DNA of 64,000 nt. It comes from Candidatus Eiseniibacteriota bacterium. GTDB taxonomy: Bacteria > Eisenbacteria > RBG-16-71-46 > CAZAMP01. The notes below the pieces were generated by a model. That model was not told the DNA's origin, did no database searches, and saw only the letters and a program-made list of their open reading frames with translations. The stretch is taken from NCBI GenBank assembly GCA_965224245.1, contig OZ245046.1:1952001-2016000 (forward strand), read 5' to 3'. Positions 6,801-14,740 of this stretch are shown here, in pieces. The number at the start of each line of letters is the position of its first letter. Position 1 is the first letter of the stretch. The translations under genes were made by a program, and so were the position numbers.

Positions 6801-9085
6801 TGCTCGCCGGTCGCCGCGACGACCTGCGAGGCGAGCTGCGCGGGCAGGAACCCGTTCTTGGTCGCTGAGACGGTGAATTCACCCAGCGAGGACGGCGCGA
6901 AGTCGAACGTGACGTTACCCAGGGCATCGGTGACGCCGGTCAGGAACGCCTCGCCGTCCTTGTAGAGCGTCACGTCGACGTCGGGCTCGCCGGTGAACGT
7001 ACCCTGCTTGAAGATCCGCGGGGTGTAGGTGTCGCCGTCGAGCGGGAACGTCGTCGACGCGCTGACCACGAGCCCGGCGGGGACCGCCGGCCACAGCCGG
7101 AGCGTCGGATCGCCTAGCAGGATCAGGCTGTACAGCGTCCAGCGCTCGGTCCGGTCGCCGCCCGCGGCCACGGCGGCGAACTCCTCGCGCAGGCACTCCA
7201 GATGGGCGTCGCCCAGCGGCAGGTCCTGGATCAGCGCCTTGTCGAAGAAGCACTCCACGTGGGCGCGGGAGACGCGCGGGTAGTCGAGCTCGGTGGCCGC
7301 GATGCAGGCGAAGGCGCCGCCGGACCCGTTGACCCGGTTGTTCGACAGGAAGTGCTCGATGATGCAGTCGAAGTCGATGGCCCCCGAGTCACAGTTGATC
7401 GCGTAGATGAACGACGTGCGATCTCCGTTCTCGGCCGCGTCCGCATCCCCGGCGAGAAGCTTCTCGCCGGGGGCGCCGACCGCCATGTTGTCGCGAGAGC
7501 CGTGGCCGATGTGGACGACGATGTGCCGTCCCGTATCGAAGTCGTCGCGCGCGATCTGGGCACTCAGCGGCGCCGGAGTGTAGTCCGCGTCGGGCCAGCA
7601 CGTGTAGGCCTCGTAGAGCATGTTGGCGCCCGCGCGGAACCCGTCGGGCAGGCAGCACTGGTAAATCGGGTCGGCCAGGAGCGCGCCGTCGCCGATCGAG
7701 GACGTGAACTCCTCGCAGTCTCCGGACCACTCCTGCGGGAACAGCGCCTCGGCCCACATCGAGACGGTCTCGATGTAGCTGGCGTCGAAGCGAGACGGGT
7801 TGGCGCCGGAGTAGTTGAGCGTCTTCAGGACCATCGCCGTGGCTTCTTCGGCGTTCCCGGCGGGCAGGCGGCCCACGTAGATGTCCGGCTCGAGATCCGC
7901 TTCGTCGCCGGGATCACCGGCGATCGAGGGTCCCTCGCCGATGATGTGGTCGCCGTCGGCGTTCCAGTTTCCGTCGAGGCAGGCGAAGTAGTAGTCCGTC
8001 GCGAGATCCTGGCCCCGCGAGCGGGCGAAGCGGGTCGGCACGAAGCCCGTGTCCCCGCCGAGAAGGGCGTACGTCGTCCCCCAGTGGACGTAGGCGTCGC
8101 GCAGGAAGACGCGGATGCGCGCGGCCATGTCCTCGGCCTCGTAGTGCTCGGTGACCCAGTCGGTCGTCCGCACCAGCGTTCGCGTGCCCGTCTCGGTCCG
8201 GAAGTCGGCCAGATCCTGGAAGATGGACTCCCACTCGGCCGTGGTGATGATCACGAAGTCGACCGGGCTGCCGTCGAGCGACGGCGTCTCGCTGGGCCGA
8301 AACACGCCGTCGTCGCCGCGCGAGACGGACACGCCGCCCGCCGGCGGCGCCGAGCCGAGGAGCCAGTCCACGCGCGCCGCCACCTCGTCGCGCTCCTTCG
8401 CGTCCTCGTCGGCCGCGCGGCGGCGCCGCGTGGCGAGCTCCGGAGTGACCGGCACGGGCGCCGTCCGGATGCGGAGCGTGAACGTCTCGATCCACTCCAC
8501 CGTTCCGGTGGAGGGCTCGTAGCGTACGGGCTGGGTCTCGATCGCGACGATGCGATGACCACGGAAGTAGCCCACGGTCGCGCTCGACGGCGCGTGATCG
8601 GGCAGCCAGCCGTCGGCCGCGTAGTCGGCGGCGTCGGGCGGCACGACGTCGGGGAGATCGGGATCCGGCGTCGGGGCCACGCGCAGGCCGCTCCCGATCG
8701 ATCGGCTCGAGCCCGGGACGAGGTCGACCGACACGACCGTCTCGTTTGCGGGCAGCCCTACCCGGAAGACCACCGTGGGCAATGCCGGGGATCCGACCGG
8801 CTCCACCACCGACGCACCGGCGAGATCGATCTCCCAGCCGTTCGGGGTCTCGACCATGCCGAACGGGCGGTCCCGCAGGTCGACGACGCGCTCGTACTCC
8901 GCCGCGGATCCGGTCGAAGCCACCGCCGCGCCGAGCGTCGCGGCCAGAGCCAGGATCGAGCCGAGCGTCGCGTGCCGGCCGGGCGAGCGCCGGGTGCCGA
9001 GGCCCAGACGCGATGGAAGTGGGGAACGCAGATCACCGATGCGCACGGAGTCCTCCAGTCCGAGTCCGTGGGTTGGGGATGCCAC
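3866..9085 (-). CDS. C25 family (gingipain-like) cysteine peptidase with propeptide, FN3, FG-GAP/VCBS repeats and C-terminal FlgD-Ig/T9SS-like sorting domain
   Basis: VGSPALP propeptide; YALLGGD, TDYYFACLDG and IYVGRLP; catalytic HIGHG and AINCDSG; LILLGDP; FN3 segment DLLGYNVYR...VTAVDSSGNES; multiple (V/D)GDxDGDG repeats; CTD QNAPNPF...IFDVAGRRV...WDGRDAAGRRLSPGIYVYRL. Confidence 0.9.
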   Translation of the reverse strand: MASPTHGLGLEDSVRIGDLRSPLPSRLGLGTRRSPGRHATLGSILALAATLGAAVASTGSAAEYERVVDLRDRPFGMVETPNGWEIDLAGASVVEPVGSPALPTVVFRVGLPANETVVSVDLVPGSSRSIGSGLRVAPTPDPDLPDVVPPDAADYAADGWLPDHAPSSATVGYFRGHRIVAIETQPVRYEPSTGTVEWIETFTLRIRTAPVPVTPELATRRRRAADEDAKERDEVAARVDWLLGSAPPAGGVSVSRGDDGVFRPSETPSLDGSPVDFVIITTAEWESIFQDLADFRTETGTRTLVRTTDWVTEHYEAEDMAARIRVFLRDAYVHWGTTYALLGGDTGFVPTRFARSRGQDLATDYYFACLDGNWNADGDHIIGEGPSIAGDPGDEADLEPDIYVGRLPAGNAEEATAMVLKTLNYSGANPSRFDASYIETVSMWAEALFPQEWSGDCEEFTSSIGDGALLADPIYQCCLPDGFRAGANMLYEAYTCWPDADYTPAPLSAQIARDDFDTGRHIVVHIGHGSRDNMAVGAPGEKLLAGDADAAENGDRTSFIYAINCDSGAIDFDCIIEHFLSNNRVNGSGGAFACIAATELDYPRVSRAHVECFFDKALIQDLPLGDAHLECLREEFAAVAAGGDRTERWTLYSLILLGDPTLRLWPAVPAGLVVSASTTFPLDGDTYTPRIFKQGTFTGEPDVDVTLYKDGEAFLTGVTDALGNVTFDFAPSSLGEFTVSATKNGFLPAQLASQVVAATGEHLVVAGLEVDDAAGNGSGAADRGESFGLAFRIRNEGAVAASSLTITASTSSPYATVTSPSATAGAVGVGAEVVSTAVSVDVTSDLPAESSYVTVPMSVSITSGAGTVTREVTLIVGNPRIEHVALNPAVPAGGDVAFTVSAYNRGNGTPLTGEVEIVAVDPGVVSIVDGIGAIDLSPGAVATSEPLVYQVIGPGEPLVDLTYRDALGSLRTQRIDFVPPAPPDSVWAQPAPSFIRVVWTPSEAEDLLGYNVYREDAGTLTRVNETPVIGAFHAALGLAPLTEFSFTVTAVDSSGNESAFADTVVASTSPPSTVGFPVDISGSDNRGSVTFANLDEGVDATKELIFGARYPYVLRGNGTDFVDGDGRPATLGIFAEETGADGPGAVAPWWWAKAAVANMDLDPAGQLEIVMLHADKGTVWCWHADGTLAWGGGDWQIGSSSQLLWSSPVIGNIDEDPELEVVFWAGGPGDAYRGTMIAFNHDGTEVIDGDADPITNGVLWKSPAGGSRYNYGTVSLVDFDGDGRDEIIAGERAGNAGFVRALSLDGGVVSEAPGWPYTPSFSGFLAFTSSPAVGDVDGDGEYETFIVNGNALHGIDENGDALPGYPPQQYGFLDSGPFKDFLPSPVLGDFDGDGEVDVVHGWHTGLLYAYTAATGEPLAGWNPLSLGIEGDDVSQILFNGSMANIDMDPEPEFVIGTGGGDIYALNADGSVVGGFPYNVGGIVYGAPAIWDMDRNGKMDIVVIGTFDRVVSLQTDSGPFVFDENPWPQFRHNPRNTGVYGSGHGVVPIDLGSVTLASTTPGQVSIRWNAEGGYSHFGIERASATSPRSLIGEIGGSSPDGTYRFTDTQAPAGLSASYWIIGYRTGVAPEVSGPHVVRVKSVPLVTTLMQNAPNPFSPLTTIQYTVGDGSDAGGRPVSLEIFDVAGRRVAALVNEVQVPGTYGVSWDGRDAAGRRLSPGIYVYRLSVGDDVRSKKLVLSR

Positions 9086-9263
9086 GACTCAGGTGCTTCA
9101 CCAGGGGATGCCGCCATGGGCGGCGTCCCCGTCATTCGACTGATTTCGAAGAGCCGCACCCGCGGACGTCGCGGCACACCGAGTGCGGCCCGGGGCCGCT
9201 CGATCGTCGTTCGGTGTGAGGCCGCTCACCGGCGGGTGCCGATGGGTCGAATCGTGAACCAGG

Positions 9264-9293
9264 AGTGTATAGGCGGCTCCGGCGCAAAAGCAA
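9264..9293 (-). promoter_or_regulatory. Putative promoter for the C25 peptidase/pseudo-gltX unit (TTGCTT-N18-TACACT)
   Basis: Motif match in the divergent intergenic region. Confidence 0.45.
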
Positions 9294-9375
9294 CGCGCGC
9301 TCGGGGACGGGTCTGGAACCCCGGCGCGCGCCGGAAGTTCCAGCGAACTTATTCCATGGCAGCGGGTTCGTTCGT

Positions 9376-9405
9376 TTGACCCGGAAAAAGCGGGGTTGCT
9401 ACACT
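9376..9405 (+). promoter_or_regulatory. Putative promoter (TTGACC-N18-TACACT, extended TGn -10)
   Basis: Near-consensus elements about 70 nt upstream of ATG 9474. Confidence 0.65.
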
Positions 9406-9473
9406 CACCGGACTTTGTTTCGGCTCGCGTGTGCCGACACGCCGTGACACCTCGGGAAGAAGGACCGGTCTCC

Positions 9474-10298
9474 ATGCGCTGGACGTGTCTCGTGCTGGCA
9501 TTGGCCCTGGTGGGCAATGCTCGAGCGTTCAACTTCGAGGGGCTCTCCGACGCGGAGATCCGGCGTCAGGCCGGAGAGGCCTTCCGGGCCGACGCCGCCG
9601 CGTTCGACACGCCCGACGACCGCGCGGCAACGCTCGACGCCGTCCTCCAGATGCTGGAGACGCGGGCGGAGATCTTCGAGGCGCTCGGCGCCGCGCGCAG
9701 CCTCGACGAGATGGGCGACATCTGGTTCGCGGACAGCCTCGACGACTCGCTCACCTACCACCTGGGCGAGATCCTGATCCCGTACGAGGACGCCAACCCG
9801 AAGCCGATCCTGAACCCCGGCACCGAGCGCTTTCGCGAGACCCTGTCCACCGTCGGCTTCGTGCGCGAGTTCGCCACCGGCTTCCTGGTCAACCTCGAGC
9901 TGACGCAGTCGCTGTACATCCTCGCCGACTTTCGCGCGAACCGCAGCGCCGCCGAGATCGAGGCCGCCGAGGACGCCTTCCTGCGCCACTTCGCCCTCTA
10001 CGCCCGGCTCTACCGGGCCCAGCACACCGAGCTGATGGACCTGCACCAGTGCAACATCACGAACCTCGAGTGGGTCGTGGGGCGCGTCCGAAGCGAGACC
10101 GGCACCGACGACTTCGTCGTCACGAACCAGCTGTTCGCTTTCCGGGACACCGGGTTCTCGTACCTCCTGACGCTGACGTCCCCCACCACCGGGGAGTCGA
10201 TCCAGGCACACTACCCGCTGCCGTGGCTCACCGAGATGGACGAGGGATGGCAGAAGATGAAGGCGGCCGAGCGCGAGAAGGCCGGCGCCGGCGGCTAG
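9474..10298 (+). CDS. Secreted hypothetical protein
   Basis: Start moved to MRWTCLVLALALVGNARA (signal peptide, AxA cleavage site, AAGGA SD). Strong GC3 bias. No family recognised. Confidence 0.75.
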   Translation: MRWTCLVLALALVGNARAFNFEGLSDAEIRRQAGEAFRADAAAFDTPDDRAATLDAVLQMLETRAEIFEALGAARSLDEMGDIWFADSLDDSLTYHLGEILIPYEDANPKPILNPGTERFRETLSTVGFVREFATGFLVNLELTQSLYILADFRANRSAAEIEAAEDAFLRHFALYARLYRAQHTELMDLHQCNITNLEWVVGRVRSETGTDDFVVTNQLFAFRDTGFSYLLTLTSPTTGESIQAHYPLPWLTEMDEGWQKMKAAEREKAGAGG

Positions 10299-10328
10299 CT
10301 CGGCGCGCACCCGGGTCGCCGTCGCGCC

Positions 10329-10742
10329 TCAACGCTCCAGGACGACCACCGCCGCCGCATGATCGCGTCCGTGCGTGAGCGACACGTGGACCGCGCGGAC
10401 CCCGCGACGCGCGGCCAGCTCCCCTGCACGACCGGACAGATCGAGAGTGGGCGCGCCGCCCTCACCTCGCCGCACGCTGAGGTCGCGCCAGAGGACCCCC
10501 GACGCGAGTCCGGTGCCCAGCGCCTTCAGGCATGCCTCCTTGGCCGCGAAGCGCGCCGCGTAGTGCGCGGGCGCGTGGACGTCGTCGGCCGCGCAGCGCT
10601 CGTCGTCGTTGAACACTCGCGACACGAAGGCCGGCCCCCGGCGCGCGAGTATGCCGCGCATGCGGTCGAGCTCGACCAGGTCGATCCCGATGCCCACGAT
10701 CCCGGCGCTCGTTTGACCCTCTCCCGAACGCCGTGCTAGCAT
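10329..10742 (-). CDS. acpS: Holo-[acyl-carrier-protein] synthase
   Basis: IVGIGIDLVE...RVF...E...YAARFAAKEACLKALGTG...GAP...HVSLTH motifs. Start uncertain. Confidence 0.95.
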   Translation of the reverse strand: MLARRSGEGQTSAGIVGIGIDLVELDRMRGILARRGPAFVSRVFNDDERCAADDVHAPAHYAARFAAKEACLKALGTGLASGVLWRDLSVRRGEGGAPTLDLSGRAGELAARRGVRAVHVSLTHGRDHAAAVVVLER

Positions 10743-10797
10743 CGTTCGCACCTTTTCTCCACTGGAGATCTCCACCTTTTGACCCGGGGCTGCGCTC

Positions 10798-11994
10798 GTG
10801 GCACTGATCGAGAAGCTCGGCGCGTCGACGAAGTCGTCCCGCCTGTTGAGTCAGATTCTCGACGAGCGGTTCGTGCGCGACACCGCGCAACAGTACCACA
10901 TCGCCGTTCCGGGCTTCCGGGCGGGTCAGGCCCCGAGCGGGCTCACGGTACGCGCGATCCTCCGCGCGGCGACGCGGACGCGCAAGCTGCGCGCGCACCT
11001 CGAGGCCGAGCTGGCACGGCTGGCCGAGCGCGAACGCGGCCGGGTCGGCGAGACCGACGACGACGACGTGATCGAGACCCTCGACGCGCTGTCCGAGCTG
11101 CCGCGGGCGCGCGCCGTCGCCACCCTGCTGGCCGCACTCGACGACGTCCGCGATCCGGTGCGGAGCGCCGCGGAGGCGGTACGCGACGCCATCGAGTCCG
11201 GCGAGGTGACGCTGGCCCCTCCCCGACCTCAGCCTCGCGGGGACGCGCGTCCACGGACGCCGAGCGCCTCACAGACGCCCCCCACGACCGACGTGCGTCA
11301 GCTTCAGTCGCTCGTGGCCGATCGCGATCGACAGCTGCGCGTGCTCCGATCGGAATCGGCCAAGCTGGAGCAACGCGTGTCGCGCCTGCGCACACAGCTC
11401 GAGTCCGAGCGAGAGGCCCATCGACGCACGCGGACCGGTCGGCCGGCGGCCACGTCCGACCCGGCCGACCGCGACGACGAGCGGGTCGACGCGCGAGTCC
11501 TGCGCCGGACCCAGAAGGAGCTGCATCAGCTTCGCGGCGAGCACGTCAAGACCAAGCTCGCGCTCGACGCCGCGCTCCGCGACTACAGCCTCCTCGCATC
11601 CGGCATCCACGAGCTTCAGGATCTCGTCACGCACTTCGTGAACGGTCCCCGGCCCGAGGGCCCGGTGACACCGACCCGGCCGGCGCGGACGTCCACGCTT
11701 CCGGTCGAGAGCAAGCTGAAGCTGCCCTCCTCGGAGCACCACTGGCCGAAGGGGTTCCGCGGCTTTCTCCGGCGCCTGGCTGAGAATCCCCACGTGGAGC
11801 GGCTCCAGCCGCTGGACTTCTCGCGTGCGACCCAGACGCGCATCACGCTCGAGGTGCCGGACACCGCGCTGGTCGCGCAGTTCTCCGACGGGGATCTCGC
11901 CGCCCGCTTCCTGATCGCGACCACCGCGACCTCTCCCGCGACCCTCGCGTGGGTCCGTCGCGAGCTGGAGCACGCGGTGTTCGCGCCCGTCTGA
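10798..11994 (+). CDS. Hypothetical coiled-coil protein with a small C-terminal alpha/beta domain
   Basis: 398-aa ORF with coding-like GC3. Heptad-rich middle (LQSLVADRDRQLRVLRSESAKLEQRVSRLRTQLE). Ends 7 nt before the next gene. Confidence 0.7.
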   Translation: MALIEKLGASTKSSRLLSQILDERFVRDTAQQYHIAVPGFRAGQAPSGLTVRAILRAATRTRKLRAHLEAELARLAERERGRVGETDDDDVIETLDALSELPRARAVATLLAALDDVRDPVRSAAEAVRDAIESGEVTLAPPRPQPRGDARPRTPSASQTPPTTDVRQLQSLVADRDRQLRVLRSESAKLEQRVSRLRTQLESEREAHRRTRTGRPAATSDPADRDDERVDARVLRRTQKELHQLRGEHVKTKLALDAALRDYSLLASGIHELQDLVTHFVNGPRPEGPVTPTRPARTSTLPVESKLKLPSSEHHWPKGFRGFLRRLAENPHVERLQPLDFSRATQTRITLEVPDTALVAQFSDGDLAARFLIATTATSPATLAWVRRELEHAVFAPV

Positions 11995-12001
11995 GCGCGC
12001 C

Positions 12002-12997
12002 ATGGCTTCCCCGGCGGCTTCGGGCGCGCTCCCCGAGATCCGGATCGTGGACGCGCCCGATCCCGCCGAGTGGCGGTGCCTGGTCGACACCTGTCCGGAC
12101 GCCACGTTCTTTCACGACCGGGCGTGGGTGGAGCTGTACGTCCGCCATCACGGGGGGCGGATCCTCCACCTCGTCGCCCACGCCGACGGACGCCTCGTCG
12201 GCGGCATGATCGCCGTCCGGGTCAAGCGCGGCGTGTTCCACGCGATCGAGTCGCTACCGCTGGGGACCTACGGTGGACCGCTCGTCTCCCCCGACTTCCG
12301 CGACGCCGACACCCTGCGCGCCGCGCTGGTCGAGCGCTTCCTCCAGCTGGGCCGGCGCGGGACCTGCGTTCGCGTCCAGTGCGTGCTGCGCCGGGGCCCC
12401 GAGCTCCCCGGCTTCACGACCGCCCCGATCCACGTCATCCCGGTGGACCTCGGGTTCGAGCACTTCTGGCTGAAGGTCTTCCCCCGGAACCGGCGCAACG
12501 AGTGCAACCGCGCCGAGAAGCGCAACGTGGAGGTCCGGATCGGCATGTCGGACGCCGAGCTCGACGCCTTCTATCCCCTCCATCTCGACGCCCACGCGCG
12601 CTGGGCCATGCGCCCGCATCCGATCGGCTTCTTCGCCGAGCTCCGAGGGATCCCCGACGTCCGCGTGTTCACGGTGCTGCACGAGGACACCGTGCTCGGC
12701 GCGCACTTCTCGCTCCTGTCGCAGGACGAGCTCCTGATGTGGCATGGCGTGACGCGGCGAGAGGGATCCAAGACGTACTTTCCGAGCTCGATGCTGGTCA
12801 AACGCCAGGCCGAGGAGGCGGTACGTCTCGGGCTGGCTCGTCTGAATCTCGGCGGATCGGGTGGGCTCGCCGGCATCGAGAACTTCAAGAAGCTCGTGGG
12901 CGGCGAGAGCGCCGACACCTGCGTGCTCGAGCACAACGCCTGGCCGGCTCGCGTCTGGCACCGGGTCCGTCACCGGGGTATGTCGCGCGGGCTCTGA
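12002..12997 (+). CDS. FemAB/GNAT-family (BcsL/CelD-like) acyl- or aminoacyl-transferase
   Basis: ATFFHDRAW, SLPLGTYGGPL, RRNECNRAEKRNV and LNLGGS..GIENFKKLVGG motifs of FemAB-like GNAT proteins found in polysaccharide loci. Confidence 0.8.
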   Translation: MASPAASGALPEIRIVDAPDPAEWRCLVDTCPDATFFHDRAWVELYVRHHGGRILHLVAHADGRLVGGMIAVRVKRGVFHAIESLPLGTYGGPLVSPDFRDADTLRAALVERFLQLGRRGTCVRVQCVLRRGPELPGFTTAPIHVIPVDLGFEHFWLKVFPRNRRNECNRAEKRNVEVRIGMSDAELDAFYPLHLDAHARWAMRPHPIGFFAELRGIPDVRVFTVLHEDTVLGAHFSLLSQDELLMWHGVTRREGSKTYFPSSMLVKRQAEEAVRLGLARLNLGGSGGLAGIENFKKLVGGESADTCVLEHNAWPARVWHRVRHRGMSRGL

Positions 12998-14628
12998 TCG
13001 GTGTCCGCTTCGCTGACGACCGCCGACCACGTCTCGGCCGACACCTGCTCGTAGAGATCCACCGGAAGCTCGGGGAACACCCAGCTTCCGAGGCGTGGCA
13101 GACGCCGGTCGAGCGTGCGCTTGTAGAGCTCCGGCCCGTCGATGTACCAGCTTCGGTATCGAACCACCCAGAGCCGGCCGTCGCCCACGCCGTGCGCGCG
13201 AAGGCTCTTCTCGAGCCGGTCGGGTGCTTCGAAATGCCACCGGTAGATCGTCTCGACCGGAATCGCTCCGCCGCCCACCCAGCTGTAGTAGTGCACGAAC
13301 GGCTCGATGATCGTGTACACGAGAATGTGATCGTTCGGGCGCGCCTCGCGTTCGATCAGCTCGGCCGCCGCGCGCGCGTCCGGCCGCCAGAACCGGGTCT
13401 GCGTGGCCTGGTTGACCCGCGCGAGCCCCCCCAGCCCCAGCGCGGCCACGCCCAGCGCCAGCGCGAGCCCGCGCCGCCGGAGGCCCGCGAGCCCCGCCCC
13501 GAGGATCAGCATCCAGGCCATGAACCCCACCGAGGGATAGCGCACGTTGTAGACCTTGACGTTCAGGATGGCCAAGAGCGATGCACACACGATGGGCATC
13601 GCGAGCCACGAGACGAGCAACACCGCGAGATCCCGCCGGCGAGCGATCATCCGGAGGCCGATGAGCCCGAGCGCGCCGAACACGATCCCCACCACCGCCA
13701 TCACCGGGATGTGCGGCCGGAACGTCTCGAGCGTCAGCGAGCGATGCATCTCGTTCACCGACGGTCCGATCGTCAGTCCGGCCGAGTAGGCGTAGATCGA
13801 GTGCGCCGGCGCCAGCGGGGAGAACGTGTGATCGCCCCGGAGCCGCTCGGCGTCGGTGACCTCGCCGATGCCGACGATCGTGGACGGATCCACCGTGGTT
13901 CCGAACTCCAAGAAGTAGTTCGAGAGAGCGGCGAGCACCAGGAGCTGGGCGAGGACGAACCGCCGCAGCGGATAGCGGGCCCGCCGGAACACGCCGAGCG
14001 CGAGAAGCCCCTGCGTCGGGATCAGGAAGAGCCCGCCGAAGCTGGAGAGCCCGGCGCCGAGGTTGGCCAGCACCAGCAGGAGCCAGCTCCGGCGCGACCG
14101 CGTCTCCAGCTCGTGCGAGAACGCCCACATGCCCAGGATCCCCATCGCCATCAGCAGGATGTAGCCTCGCACCTCCATCGAGTACCACACGTGAAACGGG
14201 TTCACGGCGCACAGAAACGCCGCGGCACGGGCTCCGTTCTCGCCCACCCAGCGTCGCCCCGCGGCGTAGAGGATCGGGATCGATGCCGTCCCGATCGCCG
14301 CCGACAAGAGGCGCGCCGCCGCGTCCGAGACGCCGAACACCGCGCACCAGGCCACCAGCAGCGCCTTGTGCAACGGGCCGTGGAAGTTGTGCGAGAGGAC
14401 GTACCAGACGTCGGCACCGGGCTGACAGAGGAGCTTCATGGACTCGACCTCGTCCGCCCAGAAGCTCTGCTGTGCGTGCCCGATCACGCGAAACGCGGCC
14501 GCGACGAGCGTGGCGGCCAGGATCCACCGCCATCCCCCCAGAGCGGCCGGCCCGGGGTCGAAGACGAGGCCCTGGGAGCGTGGCGCGCCGGTCTCGCCCG
14601 TCGTGTCGGCTCCGGATGCGTGAGTCAC
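12970..14628 (-). CDS. GT-C fold membrane glycosyltransferase (GT39/ArnT/PMT-like)
   Basis: SFWADE, HGPLH, ARLLSA and NPFHVWYSMEVRGY motifs; multiple TM helices. GTG start at 14628 with AGGAG SD. Confidence 0.85.
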   Translation of the reverse strand: MTHASGADTTGETGAPRSQGLVFDPGPAALGGWRWILAATLVAAAFRVIGHAQQSFWADEVESMKLLCQPGADVWYVLSHNFHGPLHKALLVAWCAVFGVSDAAARLLSAAIGTASIPILYAAGRRWVGENGARAAAFLCAVNPFHVWYSMEVRGYILLMAMGILGMWAFSHELETRSRRSWLLLVLANLGAGLSSFGGLFLIPTQGLLALGVFRRARYPLRRFVLAQLLVLAALSNYFLEFGTTVDPSTIVGIGEVTDAERLRGDHTFSPLAPAHSIYAYSAGLTIGPSVNEMHRSLTLETFRPHIPVMAVVGIVFGALGLIGLRMIARRRDLAVLLVSWLAMPIVCASLLAILNVKVYNVRYPSVGFMAWMLILGAGLAGLRRRGLALALGVAALGLGGLARVNQATQTRFWRPDARAAAELIEREARPNDHILVYTIIEPFVHYYSWVGGGAIPVETIYRWHFEAPDRLEKSLRAHGVGDGRLWVVRYRSWYIDGPELYKRTLDRRLPRLGSWVFPELPVDLYEQVSAETWSAVVSEADTDQSPRDIPR

Positions 14629-14740
14629 GACCGATCTCCTGGTCCGTCCCTCTTGCGCCCGCCGACGCGGGCCTCCGCGCCGGCGGTCGCGGCGCACAGC
14701 GTACCGCCCTCACCCGCCCCGTGTAACCGATCACCTGAAA

